A stretch of DNA of 37,073 nucleotides from a bacterium (GTDB lineage: Bacteria; Sysuimicrobiota; Sysuimicrobiia; Sysuimicrobiales; Kaftiobacteriaceae): contig DASUAK010000036.1 in NCBI GenBank assembly GCA_035763845.1, positions 1 through 37,073 of the forward strand. Reading direction: 5' to 3'. Every line of letters begins with the position of its first letter. Positions within the stretch are counted from its first letter, which is position 1. Under the pieces are notes generated by a model. It was not told the DNA's origin, did no database searches, and was given only the letters and a program-made list of their open reading frames with translations. The position numbers and the translations under genes were made by a program. Positions 25,134-32,975 of this stretch are shown here, in pieces.

Positions 25134-25532
25134 ATGCGTCATCGTGTGGTCCTGGCAGGACTGCTCCTGTTCGCTGCGGGCCTGGCGGTCGCCTGCGGGC
25201 CCGGGGGCGGCGGGGGGCAGGGCGGCGGCGAAGGACAGCCGGGCGGCGGCGGGACCGGCGGAGCCGGCGGGACGGTGAACGTCACGGAGAGCGAGTGGGC
25301 GATCCGCATTCCGGCCGACGTGCCCTCCGGTAAGGTCACCTTCACCGTCAAGAACGACGGGGCCGTGGAGCACAACTTCGTCATCCAGGAGACCAGCCAG
25401 CGCCTGGACGGGATCCAGCCCGGACAGACGAAGACCATCCAGGCCACGCTGCAGCCGGGTACGTATACCGTCGTGTGCGACATCCCCGGGCACAGCGAGG
25501 CCGGGATGACGACCACGATGACCGTCAAGTAA
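25134..25532 (+). CDS. type-1 copper cupredoxin (plastocyanin/auracyanin-like), probable lipoprotein with Gly-rich tether
   Basis: GGAGGAGGG SD upstream. Signal plus LAVAC lipobox-like site, then GPGGGGGQGGGEGQPGGGGTGGAGG as a linker. T1-Cu ligand pattern H (VEHNF) ... C-x2-PGH-x3-GM (VVCDIPGHSEAGM). Confidence 0.85.
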   Translation: MRHRVVLAGLLLFAAGLAVACGPGGGGGQGGGEGQPGGGGTGGAGGTVNVTESEWAIRIPADVPSGKVTFTVKNDGAVEHNFVIQETSQRLDGIQPGQTKTIQATLQPGTYTVVCDIPGHSEAGMTTTMTVK

Positions 25533-25550
25533 GCCGGAAGCTGCCGGCGC

Positions 25551-25578
25551 GGGCGGCGTCCGCAGCAGGCCGCCGCCC
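25551..25578 (+). terminator. weak candidate terminator hairpin after the cupredoxin gene
   Basis: GGGCGGCG (25551-25558) pairs with CGCCGCCC (25571-25578) across a 12-nt loop. No U-tract follows, so function is uncertain. Confidence 0.2.
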
Positions 25579-25602
25579 CCCGCTCGCGAAGTACAGTCCG
25601 CC

Positions 25603-26574
25603 ATGGACCTGAGCCGGATCTACGCTCCCATCACGGACGATCTCGACCGGCTGCAGGTGCTGCTCGAGCGTGAGCTCATCACGCCCGACCCCTTCATCGG
25701 GGAGCTCGTCCACCACGTCCTGCAGACGCCCGGAAAGCTGATCCGCCCGGCGTTGGTCTGCCTCTCCGCCCAGGCCGCAGGCGGTGCCGGGGAAACGCGC
25801 CTGTGGATCGCCGCGGCCGTCGAGTTGATCCATGTCGCCTCGCTGATCCACGACGACATCATCGACGACGCGGACACGCGCCGCAGCGCCCCCACCGTGA
25901 ACGTGCGCTGGGGGAATCAGATCGCGGTCCTCCTGGGCGACTACCTCTTCGCCAAGGCCTTCGATCTCCTCAGCCGTGTGCGCAGCACCGAGGTGGCCCT
26001 CGCCCTGGCCCGGGCGTCGGTGGAGATGAGCCAGGCCGAGATCCTCCAGATCAAGTACGGCGCGGAGCCGCACGATGACGAGACCGTCTACCTGCGCATC
26101 ATCGGCGGGAAGACGGCCCATCTCTTCTCCGCCGCCTGCCGCGCCGGCGCCCTGGCCGCCGGCAGCGCCGCCGCCGCTGAGGCGCTCGGCGACTTCGGGA
26201 TGCAGTGGGGGATGGCGTTCCAGATCACGGACGACGCCCTCGACCTGACCAGCCGGGCGGAAGCTCTGGGCAAGCCGATCCACAGCGACATCCGCGGCGG
26301 GAAGGTCACGCTGCCCCTCATCCACACCCTGCGCGCGGCCGCGCCCGACGACCGCGCCCGCCTGTTCTCCCTGCTCGGCTCTGGCGCCCCGCTCGACGGG
26401 CAGCTCGCCGAGGTGGAGGCCCTCCTCACCCGCTATCACGGCGTCGAGTACGCGCTCCGCGAGGCGGGGGCCTACTCCCGCCGGGCGGAGGCCGCCCTCG
26501 ACGTGCTGCCTGCCACGCCCGCCCGGGACAGCCTGCGCGCCCTCACCGAGTTCGTCGTCGTCCGCTCGCGGTAG
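25603..26574 (+). CDS. trans-polyprenyl diphosphate synthase (hepta/octaprenyl type, IspB/HepT family)
   Basis: First Asp-rich motif LIHDDIIDDADTRR and second FQITDDALD. 323 aa. Confidence 0.9.
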   Translation: MDLSRIYAPITDDLDRLQVLLERELITPDPFIGELVHHVLQTPGKLIRPALVCLSAQAAGGAGETRLWIAAAVELIHVASLIHDDIIDDADTRRSAPTVNVRWGNQIAVLLGDYLFAKAFDLLSRVRSTEVALALARASVEMSQAEILQIKYGAEPHDDETVYLRIIGGKTAHLFSAACRAGALAAGSAAAAEALGDFGMQWGMAFQITDDALDLTSRAEALGKPIHSDIRGGKVTLPLIHTLRAAAPDDRARLFSLLGSGAPLDGQLAEVEALLTRYHGVEYALREAGAYSRRAEAALDVLPATPARDSLRALTEFVVVRSR

Positions 26575-26579
26575 CGTCC

Positions 26580-27554
26580 GTGCCCGCTCCGGTCGCCGTC
26601 ACGGGGGCAGGAGGCTTCGTCGGGAGCCGCCTCGTCCGACGTCTGCGCGGCGCGGGCACGGCGGTGCGGGCCGTCATCCGCGCCGCCCGGGATGCGGAGC
26701 CGCTGCGGGCCCTCGGCTGCGAGGTGGCCGTGGCGGACGTGACGGACCGGGCCGCTCTCGCCGCGGCCTTCTCCGGATGCCGGGCGGCCGTGCACCTCGC
26801 GGCCATCATCAGGGAGCGGGACGGGCTCACTTTCGACGCCGTCAACCATCAAGGAGCGGCGAACGCCGCGGCGGCCGCGGCCGCCTCCGGCATCGGGCGG
26901 TTCGTCCATCTGAGCGCGCTCAGGGCCTCGCCCGAGGCGGCGCGCTACCTCCGCTCCAAGTGGCAGGGTGAGGAGGCGGTGCGGCGCAGCGGCCTGCCGG
27001 CCGTGATCTTCCGGCCGTCCGTCCTCCTCGGTCCCGGGGGCGGGGCCGCGGCGCAGTTCGCGGACGTCGTGCGGTACGGGCTCTGGTATCCGGTGGTGGG
27101 CGGGCGTGTGCCGGGGCGCCGCCTGGCCGGAACGCTGGCCGCGCTCACGCCGTTCGTGCCGGTGCTCGGAGACGGGCGGTACACCTCGATGCCGGTTGCC
27201 CTCGACGACGTCCTGCCCGCCGTCGCGGCCGCCCTCGAGCGTGACGACGTGCTGGGCGGTACCTTCGAGATCGGGGGGCCGGAGGTCCTGACCTACGACG
27301 AGCTGGTCAGGCGGGTGGCGGCGGTGCTGGGGCTGCGGCGCGTCCTGTGGCACCTGCCCATGCCCGCGGCCCGGGGGCTGCTGCGCCTCTTCGCGCTGCT
27401 GCCCGACCCGCCGATCACCCGGGACGAGTTCGACGCGCTGCTCGTCGACAACGTGTGCGATCCAGCTCCGGCCGTCCGCGCTTTCGGGCTCCGGCTACGG
27501 CCGGTCGAGCAGGCGCTGCGCGAGGCGCTCACCCCGTCCGGGGAGAAAACGTAG
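26580..27554 (+). CDS. SDR-family NAD(P)-binding protein (atypical epimerase/NmrA/NDUFA9-like)
   Basis: GTG at 26580. VAVTGAGGFVGSRLVRRL is a Rossmann GxxGxxG motif. About 324 aa. The ORF-track start at 26205 overlaps the previous gene and is rejected. Confidence 0.75.
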   Translation: MPAPVAVTGAGGFVGSRLVRRLRGAGTAVRAVIRAARDAEPLRALGCEVAVADVTDRAALAAAFSGCRAAVHLAAIIRERDGLTFDAVNHQGAANAAAAAAASGIGRFVHLSALRASPEAARYLRSKWQGEEAVRRSGLPAVIFRPSVLLGPGGGAAAQFADVVRYGLWYPVVGGRVPGRRLAGTLAALTPFVPVLGDGRYTSMPVALDDVLPAVAAALERDDVLGGTFEIGGPEVLTYDELVRRVAAVLGLRRVLWHLPMPAARGLLRLFALLPDPPITRDEFDALLVDNVCDPAPAVRAFGLRLRPVEQALREALTPSGEKT

Positions 27555-27584
27555 ATCAGACCACGTCACGTGTGGGAGGACGGC

Positions 27585-27983
27585 ATGAGCACGCAGACCG
27601 ACGGAGCCCCGGTCAGCGCCGGCACGCGGGCGGCCCGCATCGCGCAGAACGTCGCGGCGCTGTTCCGCCTGCGCCTGCAGGACGCGAGCGCCGACGTGAA
27701 GAGGTCCGTCCGGACGCTCGTCACCGGCGTGGTGCTCGGGCTGGTTGCGCTCGTTCTGGTCTTGATGGCCCTGCCCGTGCTGATCACGATGGTGATCCTG
27801 ATCCTGTCGATGTACATGCCGTCGTGGGCCGCCACCGGTGTCGTCCTGCTGAGCGTGCTGCTGGTCGCGGCCGGACTGCTGCTGGTCGCCCGGCGCCGCC
27901 TGCGGTGGGAGGGACCCAGCGTGATCGCGGATCTCAAAGCGGACTGGGCGGCGATCCGCGAAGGGCTGGAGGAGCGACGATGA
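27585..27983 (+). CDS. small membrane protein, holin-X (Phage_holin_3_6)-like family
   Basis: ATG at 27585 is preceded by GGGAGGA 4 nt upstream. Amphipathic N-terminus, two long TM helices, then RRRLRW. The pattern resembles the actinobacterial 'phage holin family protein'. By eye only. Confidence 0.5.
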   Translation: MSTQTDGAPVSAGTRAARIAQNVAALFRLRLQDASADVKRSVRTLVTGVVLGLVALVLVLMALPVLITMVILILSMYMPSWAATGVVLLSVLLVAAGLLLVARRRLRWEGPSVIADLKADWAAIREGLEERR

Positions 27984-28225
27984 GCCGCGTCCACGAGCAT
28001 CCTGAAGCGGCGCGTCTCCGCAGCGAGATCGCCGGGGACCTGGCCGCACTGAGACGGACGTTCCGCCGCCCCGCGGCGGCGATGATGCCGGTCGGCGACA
28101 TCCCGGATCAGGTCGGGCGCATGCTGCGCACCAACCCAGGTTGGGCCGCGGCGGCCGCCGCCGGCGCGCTGGCCGGACTGGCCTTCTCGGTGCGGAACCG
28201 TCTCAAGAAGACGCCCGTGGACTGA
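27980..28225 (+). CDS. hypothetical 81-aa protein with C-terminal TM helix (DUF3618-like?)
   Basis: ATG at 27980 forms an ATGA overlap with the upstream stop. Helical N-terminus, then GWAAAAAAGALAGLAF, then a basic tail. Confidence 0.4.
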   Translation: MSRVHEHPEAARLRSEIAGDLAALRRTFRRPAAAMMPVGDIPDQVGRMLRTNPGWAAAAAAGALAGLAFSVRNRLKKTPVD

Positions 28226-28259
28226 GCCGGAGGCCGCGTTCGCCCCGCCATCGCCCCGA

Positions 28260-28268
28260 TGCTATAAT
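28260..28268 (+). promoter_or_regulatory. extended -10 promoter element TGCTATAAT upstream of tatA
   Basis: A perfect TATAAT at 28263-28268 is preceded by TGn. GGAGGTG SD at 28275-28281 and ATG at 28286. The -35 is weak (TTCGCC). Confidence 0.45.
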
Positions 28269-28285
28269 CAGAGCGGAGGTGGGGC

Positions 28286-28468
28286 ATGCCCAACATCGGC
28301 TGGCCGGAGTTGATGGTGATCCTCATCATCGCGCTGTTGATCTTCGGACCGGCGCGCCTGGCGGGGATCGGCGGAGCGATGGGGCGGGCCATCCGGGAGT
28401 TCCGGGGGGCCGTCCGCGACGCCGAGAGCGAGATCGACAAGCCCGCGAACACCGAGAAGCGCACATAG
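28286..28468 (+). CDS. tatA: twin-arginine translocase subunit TatA/E
   Basis: 60 aa. ELMVILIIALLIFGPARLAGIGGAMGRAIREFR carries the TatA TM helix, hinge FGP and amphipathic helix signature. Confidence 0.9.
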   Translation: MPNIGWPELMVILIIALLIFGPARLAGIGGAMGRAIREFRGAVRDAESEIDKPANTEKRT

Positions 28469-28480
28469 ATCGCTGACCAG

Positions 28481-28530
28481 ACACGTTGGACTGCCGGGCG
28501 GAGGCTGCGGCCGTCCAACGTGTTTCGTTT
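28481..28530 (+). terminator. intrinsic terminator/attenuator-like hairpin between tatA and tatC
   Basis: An 11-bp perfect inverted repeat, ACACGTTGGAC (28481-28491) / GTCCAACGTGT (28513-28523), is followed by TTCGTTT. Confidence 0.5.
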
Positions 28531-28559
28531 GCCGGCCTCTGGATGAGACGGGTGGATGA

Positions 28560-29300
28560 ATGGAAGACCGGCCGATGACGATCATCGAGCACCTCGAGGA
28601 GCTGCGCCGGCGGCTCCTCATCGCCATCGTCGCCTTCGCTGCGGGCACCCTCGCCTCGTTCCTCTTCGTCGAGACGATCCTGGGCATCCTCATCCGGCCT
28701 GTCACCGCGGTAGGCGAACAGGTCGTGTTCCTGGCGCCCACGGAGGCGTTCTTCGTCCGCGTCAAGGTGGCCGCCCTCGCCGGCGTCCTGCTCAGCCTCC
28801 CCGTTGTCCTGTACCAAGTGTGGCGGTTCGTCTCGGTGGGGCTGACCCAGCGTGAGCGCCGCTCCACCGTGACGCTGCTCCCGGTCTCGCTGCTGCTCTT
28901 CGTGGCCGGCGGGGCGTTTGCGTTCTTCGCCATCCTGCCGGTGGGCGTCCGGTTCCTGCTGGGCTACCGGACCGAGGCCCTCGTGCCGATGATCTCGATC
29001 GGGGCCTACACCTCCTTCGCCACGGCCTTCGTCCTGTCGTTCGGTCTGGTCTTTCAGCTGCCGGTGGTCGTGCTCTTCCTGGCGCGGCTCGGCATCGTCA
29101 CGCCTGCCAGCCTCGCCCGCGGCCGCCGCTACGCGCTGCTGGGCATTGCCGCCATCTCGGCGGTCCTCACGCCCGGCGGGGATGTGGTCTCGATGGGGAT
29201 GATGGCCGTGCCCACCTACCTCCTCTACGAGATCAGCATCTGGGTGGCCCGCATCTTCGCCCCCGCGCCCGCGCGGCAGGAATCGCTTCCTGCGGACTGA
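28560..29300 (+). CDS. tatC: twin-arginine translocase subunit TatC
   Basis: 246 aa. IIEHLEELRRRLLIAIVAF N-terminus, six TM segments, and PGGDVVSM near the C-terminus are typical of TatC. Alternative start at ATG 28575. Confidence 0.9.
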   Translation: MEDRPMTIIEHLEELRRRLLIAIVAFAAGTLASFLFVETILGILIRPVTAVGEQVVFLAPTEAFFVRVKVAALAGVLLSLPVVLYQVWRFVSVGLTQRERRSTVTLLPVSLLLFVAGGAFAFFAILPVGVRFLLGYRTEALVPMISIGAYTSFATAFVLSFGLVFQLPVVVLFLARLGIVTPASLARGRRYALLGIAAISAVLTPGGDVVSMGMMAVPTYLLYEISIWVARIFAPAPARQESLPAD

Positions 29301-29360
29301 AACCCCCCACCTGGCGGTCCGCGCTCGCCGGCGGGCCGATCTCGACGCCTGGGGGGCGGG

Positions 29361-29630
29361 ATGCGGGCAGGCCGGCGTGCGCGCAGCCCATGGTGGATGC
29401 TGGCGATCGTGGTCAGCCTGGGGGCGATCCTCGGCATTGTGATCGGGGAAGCCGTGGCGGGCTACCGGGCGCTGGCCTTCCTCTCCCGCGATCTCCACGT
29501 CGGCGTGGATCCCCCCTTCACCGTCGACCTGAAGTTCCTCACCTTCACCTTGGGCTTCACCTTCCGTCTGAACCTCGCCGTGCCCATCGGCATCGTCGTC
29601 GCGGTCTGGATCTTTCGCCTCCTGCAGTAG
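29361..29630 (+). CDS. small membrane protein, DUF4321-like
   Basis: 89 aa. N-terminal TM helix, LKFLTFTLGFTFRLNLAVPIGIVVAVWIFRLL at the C-terminus, and a position upstream of radC-mreB. By eye only. Confidence 0.45.
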   Translation: MRAGRRARSPWWMLAIVVSLGAILGIVIGEAVAGYRALAFLSRDLHVGVDPPFTVDLKFLTFTLGFTFRLNLAVPIGIVVAVWIFRLLQ

Positions 29631-29736
29631 CCGCGCCCACCGGATGACCCAGGCGGGGGAGGTCCGGCGCATTGCCGCTCCCGCGCCCCGGCCGTATACT
29701 TGACGCGGCCGGCCCCAGGCCGGCGCGCGTCCCCCT

Positions 29737-30411
29737 GTGAGCATCAAGCAGCTGCCCGTCGAGCTCCGTCCGCGCGAGCGCCTCCGCGCCAACGGCGCCG
29801 ATGCGCTCTCGCCCGCCGAGCTGCTCGCCGTGGTCATCGGGACCGGCAGCCGGGGGGCGGGAGCCCTCGAGATCGGGACCCGCCTGCTTCGCCGCTTCGG
29901 CTCGCTGAGCGCCCTTGCCGGGGCGCCCCTGGAAGAGGTCACGGCCGTTCCCGGGGTGGGGGAGGCCCGGGGGATGCAGGTGCTGGCGGCGCTGGAGCTG
30001 GGCCGCCGGGCGCTGGAGCCCCCTCCGGCCAGGCGGGTGGTGCGCTCGGCCGCCGACGCCGCTGCGGTGTGCGCGCCGATGCGCCGGCTGGACCGGGAGC
30101 ACTTCCGGGTCATCCTCCTCAACACGAGGCACGAGATCCTGGACGTCGTGGACGTGTCGGTCGGCGGGCTGGCGTCCGCCCCGGTCCACCCCCGGGAGGT
30201 CTTCAAGGACGCGATCCGCCGGAGCGCCGCCGCGGTGATCCTGGTGCACAACCATCCCTCCGGCCATCCCGAGCCCAGCCGGGACGACGTCCTCATCACC
30301 GAGCAGCTGCGCGCGGCGGGGCGGCTGGTCGGGATCGAGGTCCTGGACCACCTCATCATCGGCGAGAGGACGTTCGTGAGCCTTAGAGAACAACGGCAGG
30401 GGTTCGGTTAG
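29737..30411 (+). CDS. radC: RadC-family JAMM/MPN-domain protein (UPF0758)
   Basis: GTG start. IKQLPVELRPRERL N-terminus, an HhH region (VPGVGEARG), and the JAMM motif HNHPSGHPEPSRDD. Confidence 0.9.
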   Translation: MSIKQLPVELRPRERLRANGADALSPAELLAVVIGTGSRGAGALEIGTRLLRRFGSLSALAGAPLEEVTAVPGVGEARGMQVLAALELGRRALEPPPARRVVRSAADAAAVCAPMRRLDREHFRVILLNTRHEILDVVDVSVGGLASAPVHPREVFKDAIRRSAAAVILVHNHPSGHPEPSRDDVLITEQLRAAGRLVGIEVLDHLIIGERTFVSLREQRQGFG

Positions 30412-30412
30412 C

Positions 30413-30429
30413 GGGCCGCTTCGGCGGCC
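30413..30429 (+). other. GC hairpin with TTCG tetraloop immediately after the radC stop
   Basis: GGCCGC-TTCG-GCGGCC read directly. A second GC-rich stem lies at about 30444-30468. No U-tract follows, so it could be a weak terminator or mreB leader structure. Confidence 0.25.
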
Positions 30430-30559
30430 TGTCTGGACGCGTCAGCGCGGCGGCTGTGCCGCCGCGGCTGGACGGCGAACCGTTCCGCAGCGCACGTGAG
30501 GCTCGCGGTCCGCGGGCTGTATGTCTTGGCCCGATTGACTCGGGTATGATGAAGTGTGA

Positions 30560-31612
<1,053 letters not shown>

Positions 31613-31617
31613 CCGGT

Positions 31618-32442
31618 GTGAGCGAGCTCCTCCTCGGGCGGCGGCGCATCGCGGTCTTCCTCGTGCTCGTGCTGTTCACGCTGGTCCTCCTGAGCAGCCA
31701 GTCCCGGTCCGCCGATCGGCGCAACGTCGGCATCATCGGACAGGCGATCCTGACCATCCTGCTGCCGGTGCAGGCGGGGATGGTGCGGATCGCGGACGGC
31801 ATCTCCGGCATGTGGGAGCGCTTCACCGAGATCGGCCGGCTGCGCGTGGAGAACGCGCGCCTCCGGGCGCAGGTGGAGGCGCTGAACCGCGAGGTGGCGC
31901 GCCTGCGCGAGCAGGCCACCGCGGCGCAGCGGCTGGAGCGGCTGCTCGATCTGCGCGCCCAGGTCAGCTACAACGGCCTGGCCGGGCGGGTGATCGGCCG
32001 CGACCCGAGCCGCTGGTTCAGCACGGTCGTCATCGACCGGGGCAGCCGCGACGGCGTGACCCGCAACGCGCCGGTCGTCACGCCCGAGGGCGTGGTGGGC
32101 CGGGTGATCGAAGTGACGCCGTTCGCCTCGCGCGTGCTGCTGATCGTGGACGCCCGCAGCGCGGTCGGCGTGCTGGTGCAGCGGTCGCGGGACGCGGCGG
32201 TCGTGGAAGGGCAGGGCACGGACCGCCTCCATCTCCTGTATCTCTCGCGCGCGGCGCAGGTGGAGGCCGAGGATCTGCTGGTCACCTCCGGGCTGGGCGG
32301 CGTCTTCCCGCGCGGCCTGGTGGTCGGCCGGATCATGTCGGTCAAGCGGGAGGAGGGAGCGCTGCTGCAGGAAGCCGAGGTGGAACCGGCGGCGCAGCTG
32401 GGCCGGCTGGAGGAAGTGCTGATCCTCCTGCCGCGGCAGTGA
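31618..32442 (+). CDS. mreC: rod-shape-determining protein MreC
   Basis: 274 aa. N-terminal TM helix, coiled coil (ENARLRAQVEALNREVARLRE), and a beta-rich C-terminus with VVTPEGVVGRV and TSGLGGVFPRGLVVG. Confidence 0.85.
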   Translation: MSELLLGRRRIAVFLVLVLFTLVLLSSQSRSADRRNVGIIGQAILTILLPVQAGMVRIADGISGMWERFTEIGRLRVENARLRAQVEALNREVARLREQATAAQRLERLLDLRAQVSYNGLAGRVIGRDPSRWFSTVVIDRGSRDGVTRNAPVVTPEGVVGRVIEVTPFASRVLLIVDARSAVGVLVQRSRDAAVVEGQGTDRLHLLYLSRAAQVEAEDLLVTSGLGGVFPRGLVVGRIMSVKREEGALLQEAEVEPAAQLGRLEEVLILLPRQ

Positions 32443-32930
32443 GCAGGGCGCTCATCTACGGCGGTCTGCTCGCCGGAGCCGGGCTCGTGCAGACGGCCTG
32501 GCTGGCGCGAATCGAGATTTCGGGGGCGATCCTGGATCCGTTGCTGCCGATCGCGGTGGCGGTCGGCATCCTGCGCGGCGCCACCTCCGGGGCGGTCGTG
32601 GGACTGGCCGGAGGGCTGCTGCAGGACCTGCTGAGCGGGGGGCCGCTCGGCGTCAACGGCCTGACCAAGCTGGTGGTGGGATTTGCCTCGGGGTTGTTCG
32701 AGCGCAGCATCTACATCGAGAACCCGCTGCTGCCGGCGGTGGCCACCTTCGCGGGAACCCTGCTCAGCGAGATCCTTCTCGTCGTCGTCGGACAGGTCAC
32801 GGGCCTCGGCCGCGAGACCGCGGGAGCGCTGCCCCGTGCGCTCATGCAGGCCGTCCTGAACAGCCTCGCCGCCCCGTTCCTGTTCCGCGGCGTCCGGCGG
32901 ATCGAAGTCCGCCTCGAGCGGTCCCGCTAG
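32439..32930 (+). CDS. mreD: rod-shape-determining protein MreD
   Basis: GTG at 32439 forms a GTGA overlap with mreC. 163-aa polytopic membrane protein in the canonical mreBCD position. Confidence 0.7.
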   Translation: MSRALIYGGLLAGAGLVQTAWLARIEISGAILDPLLPIAVAVGILRGATSGAVVGLAGGLLQDLLSGGPLGVNGLTKLVVGFASGLFERSIYIENPLLPAVATFAGTLLSEILLVVVGQVTGLGRETAGALPRALMQAVLNSLAAPFLFRGVRRIEVRLERSR

Positions 32931-32975
32931 CGCGGATCGCCCGAGGCCGTTCGAGCGTTGCACCAGGTGGCATCG

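Noticed and set aside
25206-25231. G-quadruplex-type motif (GGG ccc GGGGG cggc GGGGGG ca GGG) on the coding strand of the cupredoxin gene
   Set aside because: It encodes the Gly-rich linker (GGN codons). Runs like this are expected by chance in such a GC-rich genome, and nothing indicates a regulatory role.
27585-27983. Holin-like protein as evidence for a prophage or lysis cassette
   Set aside because: No endolysin, terminase, capsid, tail, integrase or att-like repeats occur anywhere in the window. The flanks are housekeeping genes on the same strand with the same composition.
30522-30550. Promoter-like hexamers TTGACT (30535-30540) and TATGAT (30545-30550) upstream of mreB
   Set aside because: The two hexamers are only 4 nt apart, so they cannot form one sigma-70 promoter. 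The hexamer at proper 17-nt spacing from TATGAT is TGTCTT, a poor -35. I cannot support a promoter call from sequence alone.
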